The notes under the pieces are model-generated. The model did not search any database and was not told the DNA's origin. It was given only the letters and a program-made list of their open reading frames with translations. A stretch of DNA of 32,000 bases from Bacillus subtilis subsp. subtilis str. 168 (lineage in GTDB: Bacteria > Bacillota > Bacilli > Bacillales > Bacillaceae), in NCBI RefSeq assembly GCF_000009045.1, contig NC_000964.3:210001-242000 (forward strand), written 5' to 3'. Both the position numbers and the translations under genes were made by a program. Below, in pieces: positions 1 through 7,632 of the stretch (the first letter of the stretch is position 1; each line of letters starts with the position of its first letter).

Positions 1-1
1 C

Positions 2-160
2 ATTGAAAAAAGTGTTGATATGATTCGACATCATCCCCTAGTGCCGTCATATGTTAAAGTTAGAGGTTTATTCGTTAATCATAAGGGTGGAAAACCCTCA
101 ATCGCGGAGGTTCCTGATGTTAAAACAGGTCAAGCCATGCCTGATCATTGCTTGTCATGA
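2..160 (+). CDS. ybcF: 3' end of a beta-class carbonic-anhydrase-like protein (partial; start lies upstream of window)
   Basis: Frame is open from the window edge to TGA 158-160. The tail IEKSVDMIRHHPLVPSYVKVRGLFVNHKGG resembles beta-CA C-termini. Position upstream of ybcH-ybcI matches B. subtilis 168 order (memory). Confidence 0.55.
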   Translation: MEKSVDMIRHHPLVPSYVKVRGLFVNHKGGKPSIAEVPDVKTGQAMPDHCLS

Positions 161-223
161 TGAAATGCAGGTTTAACTTCTAAACGCACCCATATATGGA
201 GAAAGCAGTTCTAAGGAGATTGT

Positions 224-514
224 ATGAGCGCTAATTTAACTGATTTTGTCACGAAAACAATAGAGGAAATGAACTCGTTTGATCGTGAAAATATGGAATG
301 TATAAAAAAACTAATTAGAAAAGCAATTGATTTTTATCATCTAAAGTCTTATGAAGAAGTTGAGGAAACCCATTCAGGAAATGTTCGATTTTTGCATGTC
401 CACTCTATGATGGAAGAAAATATGTTATCCAAAATGATAGTGGTCACAAGAAACGGTAAAACTGATTTGGATATTGAAGGTGTATATGAAGGATATGTTG
501 TAAGAGAATATTAA
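224..514 (+). CDS. ybcH: small uncharacterised cytosolic protein (96 aa)
   Basis: ORF with AAGGAG Shine-Dalgarno about 6 nt upstream of the ATG. Synteny with B. subtilis ybcH. Confidence 0.8.
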   Translation: MSANLTDFVTKTIEEMNSFDRENMECIKKLIRKAIDFYHLKSYEEVEETHSGNVRFLHVHSMMEENMLSKMIVVTRNGKTDLDIEGVYEGYVVREY

Positions 515-571
515 TGAGACGAAATCACAAATAGAATATGCCAATTTTTTTGCTCAGGAGATGTATTAGAT

Positions 572-946
572 ATGAAAAAGTCTAAGGGTTCTATTGAATC
601 AGAGATCAGTAAGTCCATTACTCAATGGGAGAAGGATTATCTTGGGCGGGGGTCTGTATCTGTTAAGACTGATATACTGCGGGACATGATCATCGTCAAT
701 TTAAAAGGGATTTTAACACCAGCCGAATATGTAGTTTGTGGATCAAAAGAGGGTATGTTATCTATCAAACAAACTCGTTCAGAGTTAGTCGAATCAGGTA
801 TAGAAGGCCTTAAGGATATTATCTTAAAAATAACCGGAGAAAAAGTGAAAAGTTTTCATACTGATTTAAGCTCCCGGACAGGTGAACGAGTGATGGTATT
901 TAAATTATGTAATGATCTAGAGAAAAATTTGGAAAAGATCTTATAA
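572..946 (+). CDS. ybcI: small cytosolic protein, DUF2294/MpsC-like (family assignment from memory)
   Basis: 124-aa ORF with an AGGAG upstream. Sequence recognised as YbcI. Confidence 0.8.
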   Translation: MKKSKGSIESEISKSITQWEKDYLGRGSVSVKTDILRDMIIVNLKGILTPAEYVVCGSKEGMLSIKQTRSELVESGIEGLKDIILKITGEKVKSFHTDLSSRTGERVMVFKLCNDLEKNLEKIL

Positions 947-1123
947 TCTAAAGAAAATAAATGTTTTGACGGTGTGGAATTTGTTGTGAATTGAACATAA
1001 AGAACTGCCGATTCTTTTGTTTTACAATTATGGTATCATTGATAACTTTTATTCATATCCTAAGCGGACATAAAGAGATGTCAATTCATAGTACACTGTC
1101 ATGTTATTCCTGTCGAAAGATCT

Positions 1124-1157
1124 AACATCCGCTGTTGTTATGAGCGGATGTTTTTTT
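1124..1157 (+). terminator. rho-independent terminator
   Basis: aacatccgct (1124-1133) pairs with agcggatgtt (1143-1152), 9-nt loop, followed by T7 (1151-1157). Confidence 0.7.
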
Positions 1158-1393
1158 ACATCTATTTTAAATACATGAATTTGATGCTGGTGATTAGTCA
1201 CTTGAACAATATTTGAAAACATCCTTGTCACCTGCCGGGTTTCCCCAAGTGTTTAGTGACATGATTATGAGACCAACTTCGTAAAGCTTGCTGATAAATT
1301 TAAGCGGTGAACAAAATTGATATGCTGTCTTCAGTTTCATTTCACGGAATTAGTCAGAGATAAACCTTTAATTAAATATATCCAAAAAACGGA

Positions 1394-1421
1394 TTGACAT
1401 ATCGAAATATAACGATATAAT
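1394..1421 (+). promoter_or_regulatory. sigma-A-type promoter of ybzH with embedded operator-like palindrome
   Basis: TTGACA 1394-1399, 16-nt spacer, TATAAT 1416-1421. The palindrome ATATCG-N8-CGATAT lies in the spacer. The ATG at 1429 is only 7 nt past the -10. Confidence 0.6.
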
Positions 1422-1428
1422 AATCGAT

Positions 1429-1731
1429 ATGGAACCAATTGAAGTATTCAAAGCCTTATCAAATGAATCAAGGCTGCAAATTTTACAATGGCTGAAGGAG
1501 CCCGATCGTCATTTTGCACCCCATGAAGGGATTGATATGAACACAATCGGGGTATGTGTCAGTCAAATAACAGACAAATTGAAAATGACGCAATCGACAG
1601 CTTCTCAATATCTTACCATCCTTTTAAGAGCCGGCCTAATTAAGGCGGAGCGAATCGGAAAGTACACGTATTATAAAAGAGATGAAGAAGCCATTGGGAA
1701 ACTTGCTGACTTTCTTAAAACAGAGATATAA
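1429..1731 (+). CDS. ybzH: ArsR/SmtB-family winged-helix transcriptional regulator (100 aa)
   Basis: N-terminus EVFKALSNESRLQILQWL and helix-turn-helix QSTASQYLTILLRAGLI are typical of the ArsR family. Confidence 0.85.
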   Translation: MEPIEVFKALSNESRLQILQWLKEPDRHFAPHEGIDMNTIGVCVSQITDKLKMTQSTASQYLTILLRAGLIKAERIGKYTYYKRDEEAIGKLADFLKTEI

Positions 1732-1733
1732 AA

Positions 1734-1759
1734 ATAAACATCAAAAGATGTTTATTTTT
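1734..1759 (+). terminator. hairpin with T-run between ybzH and ybcL (possibly a partial terminator)
   Basis: ataaacatc (1734-1742) pairs with gatgtttat (1747-1755), 4-nt loop, then TTTTT. Confidence 0.55.
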
Positions 1760-1858
1760 ACACCATACATATCGACATATTACGATGTGTTTATTTTTTT
1801 ATAATAACATATCGATAATTCGTGATATGTTTATTAATAATTAAGGAGTGAATGTTTT

Positions 1859-3031
1859 ATGTCTAACACTTGGAAAATTTATATTTTAGCCATTGTCAGC
1901 TTTTTAGTTGGAACCTCAGAGTACATCATTTCCGGAATTTTGGATCAAATTGCTCATACTCTCGGGATCACTTTAGCTGCCGCGGGCCAGCTTATTACCA
2001 TTTTCTCACTTGTATATGCTCTTTCTACACCCGTACTTATGGCGTTGACAGCAAGTATGGATAGACGCAAATTGATGATGTATGCCCTAGGTTTGTTTGT
2101 GTTCGGTAATGTCCTGGCTTTTGTACTGCCTGGTTATGGATGGTTTATTGCAGCGCGGATCATTATGGCGATGGGAGCAGGTGTGGTTGTTGTCACCGCA
2201 TTAACGATTGCCGCTAAGATTGCATCGGAAGGGAAGCAGGGCAGTGCCATCGCTACGGTCGTGATGGGATTTACCGCTTCTTTAATCATTGGTGTTCCGC
2301 TTGGAAGAATGATAGCAGTAGCATTAGGCTGGAAGTCTGTATTTGGAGCCATTGCTTTGTTGGGATTGATCGCAATGGTCGTTATTTTCTTTACTCTTCC
2401 GTATACTGAAGGGGATAAGCCTGTGCCTTTGCTTCAACAGCTTGCTCTTTTCAAAAAACGGAAAGTGGCTATGGGATTATCAATCACTTTCTTCTGGCTC
2501 GGGGGATATTCTGTTGCTTACACTTATTTGTCACCGTATCTCTTGAACATCTCAGGTATAAATGGCAAGCTGCTCAGCGGTGTTTTGCTTATATTTGGAA
2601 TTGCCAGTTTGGTTGGATCGAAGTTTGGGGGATATAGCACCGATAAATGGGGAGTGCCCTTTACACTCGTTGGCGGGATGACGTTGCATATCGTCACACT
2701 GATTCTGCTGTCACTTGTTACTCATTCCTATATCGGAGTGTTGGTGATTCTCATATTATGGTCGTTTGCCGCATGGTCCACCGGTCCGACACAGCAATTT
2801 CACCTGGCTACAATAGAACCGGAAATGTCAGGTGTTTTGCTTAGCATGAATCAGTCAATGATGCAATTCGCCATGGCGGTCGGCGCAGGTATAGGAGGGG
2901 TTTTTGTGGAAAACGTATCATTGGCCTCGATTACCTGGGTTGGTGCGTTAGGGGTTATGATTGCAATTATTGCATCATTGCTGATTTTCAATTCGCAACC
3001 GAAACAAGCGCTAAAAGATATCAATCAATAA
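1859..3031 (+). CDS. ybcL: major facilitator superfamily transporter, 12 predicted TM (390 aa)
   Basis: AAGGAG 10 nt upstream of the ATG. Hydrophobic throughout. Recognised as YbcL. Confidence 0.9.
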   Translation: MSNTWKIYILAIVSFLVGTSEYIISGILDQIAHTLGITLAAAGQLITIFSLVYALSTPVLMALTASMDRRKLMMYALGLFVFGNVLAFVLPGYGWFIAARIIMAMGAGVVVVTALTIAAKIASEGKQGSAIATVVMGFTASLIIGVPLGRMIAVALGWKSVFGAIALLGLIAMVVIFFTLPYTEGDKPVPLLQQLALFKKRKVAMGLSITFFWLGGYSVAYTYLSPYLLNISGINGKLLSGVLLIFGIASLVGSKFGGYSTDKWGVPFTLVGGMTLHIVTLILLSLVTHSYIGVLVILILWSFAAWSTGPTQQFHLATIEPEMSGVLLSMNQSMMQFAMAVGAGIGGVFVENVSLASITWVGALGVMIAIIASLLIFNSQPKQALKDINQ

Positions 3032-3044
3032 TTTCGAAAGTTCT

Positions 3045-3079
3045 AACATCCGCTCGTTATACAAGCGGGTGTTTTTTTT
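3045..3079 (+). terminator. rho-independent terminator of ybcL
   Basis: aacatccgct (3045-3054) pairs with agcgggtgtt (3064-3073, one G-U pair), then T8 (3072-3079). Confidence 0.75.
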
Positions 3080-3081
3080 AG

Positions 3082-3469
3082 CGTAGTCAGTCCATGCATG
3101 AGTCTTCCAAGGGCCGACATCGTTCTGTATGTGTCGAAGGTGCACTGAAGCTGAATGAGATTTCTTAAGGCTTTGCCGCGGCGAGCTGAAGTACAGTACG
3201 ATTGCCTTGATCGAACACTGGAAACACAAGAGAACGTAAACCTGAACATCCGCGTAAACGTCAAGGAAGTTGCCACTTGGGGAGTAAACACTTGCATCAT
3301 CTCGCTGAAAGGCCTAGACAATGCGGATGACAGATTCGTATTGCCGGAAGTAAACACAGCGCTTGCTCTGTTTCCGTTGTCGATTGCAGCTGATTGCTTA
3401 CTAATGCTGCCCTGCATCTCGGTTGTGATGTCGATAAGCAGCGTAATGAAGAGTGTTACTGTGGAGTAA
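3082..3469 (+). pseudogene. ybcM: decayed copy of the 3' part of glmS (glutamine-fructose-6-phosphate aminotransferase); its last in-frame piece is the 104-aa ORF ybcM (3155-3469)
   Basis: Consecutive GlmS-like pieces occur in three frames. First VCVEGALKLNEIS* (ends 3168) then GFAAAS* in the same frame. Then ELKYSTIALIEH (3183 onward). Then TQENVNLNIRVNVKEVA...CIISLKGL...RFVLPEVN...MKSVTVE* (to 3469). Compare the GlmS motifs EGALKLKEISY, GELKHG.IALI and the C-terminal LAKSVTVE. Confidence 0.8.
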
Positions 3470-3476
3470 GATGTTT

Positions 3477-3510
3477 AACCCCTCTGGATATTTTAGCCGA
3501 AGGGGTTTTT
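3477..3510 (+). terminator. rho-independent terminator after the glmS remnant
   Basis: aacccct (3477-3483) pairs with aggggtt (3500-3506), followed by a T-run. Confidence 0.6.
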
Positions 3511-3852
3511 AGTATAGATATTTGATTTAAATTACAGGAGACTTCATTCATTTAACCAAAGTCATTGCTTTCTTAATCACTAAAGTTTATTTGAAAATAA
3601 TCTCTTGATTTAATTTCCTCGAAGAGATTTTTTGTCAATCTATTAGGCATCAGAATTTTTATAACATAATGGACCGTCTTTTTGACGTTTTGTTTATAGA
3701 ACAAGAAAATATTCAAAACATAAGTGGAAAATTAGGGGTGAGCTCCTGTTTTTCTCGAGAGGATAGCTTGTCAGCTTTTCTATTTTTAAAGGGTTAAAAT
3801 ATTCTATTTATACTAATTAATGTAATTTTTAGGATAATATACAAAATCCCCC

Positions 3853-3881
3853 TTACTTCGACAATTGCAATCTGGTATTAT
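3853..3881 (+). promoter_or_regulatory. candidate skfA promoter with Spo0A box over the -35 region
   Basis: Extended -10 TGgTATTAT (3873-3881). Weak -35 TTACTT (3853-3858). TTCGACA (3857-3863) is the reverse complement of the 0A-box TGTCGAA. skf is known to be Spo0A-activated. Confidence 0.45.
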
Positions 3882-3940
3882 CGTATCGCATGGGAGCTAT
3901 GTCAATAGACTCTATGCAAAAATTGAGAGGAGGTTTACTT

Positions 3941-4108
3941 ATGAAAAGAAACCAAAAAGAATGGGAATCTGTGAGTAAAAAAGGACTTATGAAGCCGGGA
4001 GGTACTTCGATTGTGAAAGCTGCTGGCTGCATGGGCTGTTGGGCCTCGAAGAGTATTGCTATGACACGTGTTTGTGCACTTCCGCATCCTGCTATGAGAG
4101 CTATTTAA
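3941..4108 (+). CDS. skfA: sporulation killing factor precursor peptide (55 aa; core CMGCWASKSIAMTRVCALPHPAMRAI)
   Basis: ATG 3941 is preceded by GAGAGGAGG (3925-3933). The sequence matches SkfA as I remember it. It sits immediately upstream of a radical-SAM gene. Confidence 0.95.
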   Translation: MKRNQKEWESVSKKGLMKPGGTSIVKAAGCMGCWASKSIAMTRVCALPHPAMRAI

Positions 4109-4174
4109 CATTTGAGAATAGGGAGTTGAGCGTATTTGCTTATACTCCTTATTTTCTCTTAAGGGGGATTTTAT

Positions 4175-5407
4175 ATGTCATATGATCGTGTTAAAGATTT
4201 TGATTTGCCAGAGTTAGCGGTTCATTTACAGCCTCATGGTGCTGTAATGATTGATAGAAAAAGTATGTTTTATTTCAGACTCAGTGGACGTGGAGCACAG
4301 TTGGCGTTTCTGTTATCAAAAAACAAAAATCTTCATAAAACGGCACGTATTTGGGAGATTATGAAAAAAGAAGAGATGAGTGCTGACCAATTAAAAGAAG
4401 AGCTTAGTGCCCATCCATTTACGGAGGCTTGGACGGAAGGGCTGTTAGATCAGCCTTTACACGTTTCGGGTTCGCTAGATTCATATTTACCTATTAGTTG
4501 TACCTTACAGTTGACAAATGCTTGTAATTTAAGCTGTTCGTTTTGCTATGCCAGCTCAGGTAAACCATATCCTGAGGAATTATCTAGTGAACAATGGATA
4601 TTGGTTATGCAAAAGCTAGCAGCCCATGGAGTTGCTGATATTACGCTGACCGGGGGTGAAGCAAAGCTGATCAAAGGGTTTAAAGAATTAGTCGTTGTTG
4701 CAAGTTCGTTGTTTACCAATGTGAATGTATTTAGTAATGGATTGAACTGGCGAGATGAAGAAGTTGAATTACTTAGTCACTTAGGCAATGTTTCTGTACA
4801 GATTAGTATTGATGGTATGGATAATACACATGACCAATTAAGAGGCAGAAAAGGCGGCTTTAAAGAAAGTATGAATACCATTAAAAAATTATCAGAAGCA
4901 AACATTCCAGTGATTGTCGCTATGACCATTAATGAGTCCAATGCTGATGAAGTATCAGATGTGGTGGAGCAATGTGCCAATGCGGGTGCTTTTATCTTTC
5001 GTGCAGGAAAAACGTTATCTGTTGGACGTGCGACAGAAGGCTTTAAGGCTTTGGATATTGATTTTGAAGAAATGGTTCAAATACAGCTTAGGGAAGCACG
5101 TCATAAATGGGGAGATCGCCTGAACATAATTGATTGGGAGCACGAAGAGAGTTCGTTCACAACAGATTTTTGTACACCAGGATATCTTGCTTGGTATATA
5201 AGAGCAGATGGATACGTAACTCCTTGCCAATTAGAAGATTTGCCGCTAGGGCATATTTTAGAAGATAGCATGGCTGACATTGGTTCACCTGCTCGTTTGC
5301 TTCAGTTAAAATGTGAAGCAAAAAATTGCAAATGTATAGGGAAAATTGAGCTATCTGAACCGGACTTACCTTTTCAAAAAGAAGTCAAGGCAGGGATTCA
5401 GGAATGA
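4175..5407 (+). CDS. skfB: radical SAM sactisynthase (Cys-to-alpha-carbon thioether formation), 410 aa
   Basis: CxxxCxxC motif CNLSCSFC. C-terminal Cys-rich region (CTPG...C, CEAKNCKC) for an auxiliary cluster. GGGGG-type SD upstream. Confidence 0.95.
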   Translation: MSYDRVKDFDLPELAVHLQPHGAVMIDRKSMFYFRLSGRGAQLAFLLSKNKNLHKTARIWEIMKKEEMSADQLKEELSAHPFTEAWTEGLLDQPLHVSGSLDSYLPISCTLQLTNACNLSCSFCYASSGKPYPEELSSEQWILVMQKLAAHGVADITLTGGEAKLIKGFKELVVVASSLFTNVNVFSNGLNWRDEEVELLSHLGNVSVQISIDGMDNTHDQLRGRKGGFKESMNTIKKLSEANIPVIVAMTINESNADEVSDVVEQCANAGAFIFRAGKTLSVGRATEGFKALDIDFEEMVQIQLREARHKWGDRLNIIDWEHEESSFTTDFCTPGYLAWYIRADGYVTPCQLEDLPLGHILEDSMADIGSPARLLQLKCEAKNCKCIGKIELSEPDLPFQKEVKAGIQE

Positions 5408-6894
5408 ATAGTCTATCATTGGTGTTCTGGAGTATTTTAGCAGTTGTTGGATTACTGTTATTTATTAAATTCAAACCCCCAACAATTGCTTCACTACTCT
5501 TAAGCAAAGATGAGGCAAAAGAAATAAGCATTCAATTTATAAAAGAGTTTGTTGGGATAGATGTAGAGAACTGGGATTTTTATTCAGTATATTGGTATGA
5601 CCACGATACAGTAAATAAACTTCATCACTTAGGCATACTTAAGAAAAATAGAAAGGTTTTATATGATGTTGGGTTGGTCGAATCATGGAGAGTCCGTTTC
5701 GTTCACCAGAATCAATCATTTGTAGTTGGTGTCAATGCCAATCGAGAAATCACTTTTTTTTATGCGGATGTTCCGAAAAAAACCCTTTCGGGGAAGTTTG
5801 AACAAGTTTCTCCAGAGACACTCAAGCAGAGGTTAATGGCTTCACCTGATGGACTTTGGTCTAGAGCAAATATGACTGGTACTGGTAAAAAAGAGGAGGA
5901 TTTTCGCGAGGTCAGTACTTATTGGTACATAGCGGAAGCGGGAGATATTCGGCTCAAAGTGACTGTTGAATTACAGGGCGGCCGAATTTCTTATATTGGT
6001 ACTGAACAAGAAATACTAACAGATCAAATGAGTAAAGTCATTCGAGATGAACAAGTGGAATCGACATTCGGAGTATCTGGTATGCTGGGTTCAGCTTTAG
6101 CGATGATCCTTGCGATTCTCATCCTTGTATTTATGGATGTGCAAACAAGCATAATCTTCAGTCTTGTTCTGGGTTTGTTGATTATAATATGCCAGTCATT
6201 GACGCTGAAAGAAGATATTCAATTAACAATTGTAAATGCTTATGATGCAAGAATGAGTGTCAAAACGGTCAGTTTATTAGGTATTTTGTCTACACTTCTT
6301 ACAGGATTATTAACAGGATTTGTAGTATTTATATGTTCATTGGCAGGAAATGCGCTTGCTGGTGATTTTGGATGGAAAACGTTTGAACAACCAATAGTTC
6401 AGATTTTCTATGGAATAGGAGCAGGGCTCATTAGTTTAGGAGTGACTTCTCTGCTGTTTAACTTATTGGAGAAAAAGCAATATTTACGAATTTCACCTGA
6501 GCTTTCTAACCGAACTGTCTTTCTATCAGGTTTTACCTTTAGGCAAGGATTGAATATGAGCATACAAAGTTCAATTGGAGAAGAGGTCATCTATCGGCTA
6601 TTAATGATTCCAGTCATTTGGTGGATGAGTGGAAATATCCTCATCTCCATTATTGTATCTTCCTTTTTATGGGCGGTGATGCACCAAGTAACTGGATATG
6701 ACCCAAGGTGGATACGTTGGCTGCATCTATTTATATTCGGTTGCTTTCTGGGAGTTCTCTTCATCAAATTTGGTTTTATTTGTGTATTAGTAGCTCATTT
6801 CATTCATAATTTAGTACTCGTCTGTATGCCGCTGTGGCAGTTCAAGCTTCAGAAACATATGCATCATGATCAGCCAAAGCATACTTCACTCTAA
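5404..6894 (+). CDS. skfC: membrane CPBP/CAAX-family protease fused to a large N-terminal domain (SKF leader removal/cyclisation), 496 aa
   Basis: ATGA overlap with the skfB stop. CPBP motifs EEVIYR and HFIHN in a polytopic C-terminal half. Confidence 0.9.
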   Translation: MNSLSLVFWSILAVVGLLLFIKFKPPTIASLLLSKDEAKEISIQFIKEFVGIDVENWDFYSVYWYDHDTVNKLHHLGILKKNRKVLYDVGLVESWRVRFVHQNQSFVVGVNANREITFFYADVPKKTLSGKFEQVSPETLKQRLMASPDGLWSRANMTGTGKKEEDFREVSTYWYIAEAGDIRLKVTVELQGGRISYIGTEQEILTDQMSKVIRDEQVESTFGVSGMLGSALAMILAILILVFMDVQTSIIFSLVLGLLIIICQSLTLKEDIQLTIVNAYDARMSVKTVSLLGILSTLLTGLLTGFVVFICSLAGNALAGDFGWKTFEQPIVQIFYGIGAGLISLGVTSLLFNLLEKKQYLRISPELSNRTVFLSGFTFRQGLNMSIQSSIGEEVIYRLLMIPVIWWMSGNILISIIVSSFLWAVMHQVTGYDPRWIRWLHLFIFGCFLGVLFIKFGFICVLVAHFIHNLVLVCMPLWQFKLQKHMHHDQPKHTSL

Positions 6895-6912
6895 TGATTA
6901 GGAGAAGATTTG

Positions 6913-7632
6913 ATGCAATTGATGCAAGTACAAAATTTAAGCAAATGCTATCGAAATGGTGATGGGGTTGAACATTTGTCTTTCTCAATTCAACGAGGAG
7001 AAATCGTGGCGCTATTGGGGCCAAATGGAGCTGGAAAAACAACGACAATTCGATGTTTGACAGGTCTCTATAAGCCGGATAAAGGAGATATCCTCATTGA
7101 GGGTTCTCCTCCAGGAGATATAAATGTTCAAAAAAAAGTCGCGCTTATTCCTGATCAGCCATATTTGTATCCCGCTTTAACTGCTGCTGAACATATTCAG
7201 TTTAGGGCAAGAGGATATCATCCAGGTAAAAAAGATGTAAAAGAAAGGGTTTATCATGCATTGAAGGAAGTGCACTTGGAGGAGAAAGCAAACCAATTGT
7301 GTGGTCAGCTGTCAAGAGGCCAAAAGCAGCGGGTTGTCCTGGCGGGGGCGATTGTTCAAGACGCTTTGCTGTATATATTAGACGAACCGACTGTGGGCCT
7401 TGATATCCCATCAAAACAGTGGCTCTCTAACTGGTTAAAAACTAAAACCGATCAAGGGTGTTCAGCATTTGTATCAACTCATAGTCTAGAGTTTGTTATA
7501 GAGACAGCAGACAGGGTGATATTAATTAGAGACGGCAAACTCATGCAGGATTTGTATGTTCCTCAATTCGAAGAACAAGCGGAATGGAGAAAAGAAGTGA
7601 TTCGTCTTCTAGGGGAATGGTCAGATGAATAA
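6913..7632 (+). CDS. skfE: ABC transporter ATP-binding protein (SKF export/immunity)
   Basis: Walker A GPNGAGKT, signature LSRGQKQR, Walker B LLYILDEP. AGGAGAAG lies 7 nt upstream of ATG 6913; the ORF track begins one codon earlier at TTG 6910. Confidence 0.9.
   Translation: MQLMQVQNLSKCYRNGDGVEHLSFSIQRGEIVALLGPNGAGKTTTIRCLTGLYKPDKGDILIEGSPPGDINVQKKVALIPDQPYLYPALTAAEHIQFRARGYHPGKKDVKERVYHALKEVHLEEKANQLCGQLSRGQKQRVVLAGAIVQDALLYILDEPTVGLDIPSKQWLSNWLKTKTDQGCSAFVSTHSLEFVIETADRVILIRDGKLMQDLYVPQFEEQAEWRKEVIRLLGEWSDE

Noticed and set aside
1049-1231. 60-aa minus-strand ORF in the ybcI-ybzH gap
   Set aside because: GTG start without a convincing SD. It reads straight through the plus-strand terminator hairpin at 1124-1157. 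The product has no recognisable features. It is probably a chance ORF in AT-rich spacer, though I cannot exclude a small gene.
1870-2844. Nested or antisense ORFs of 60-107 aa inside long genes. Examples: 1870-2064, 2134-2352 and 2647-2844 in ybcL. Similar ones lie inside skfB, skfC, skfE, skfF, skfG, ybdK, prkD, ybdN, ybdO, ybxG, ybxI, cypC, ybeC, glpQ, glpT, ybfA, ybfB and ybfG.
   Set aside because: They are fully contained in better-supported genes with recognisable domains, lack SDs and have odd composition. Treated as frame shadows.
3043-3417. 124-aa minus-strand ORF
   Set aside because: It is antisense to the glmS remnant and spans the ybcL terminator. The plus strand carries clear GlmS homology, so this is a shadow ORF.
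3890-3940. Upstream extension of skfA (ORF-track start ATG 3890)
   Set aside because: No SD precedes 3890, whereas GAGAGGAGG sits at the right distance from ATG 3941. A start at 3890 would also lie at or before the predicted transcription start. The 55-aa form matches SkfA.
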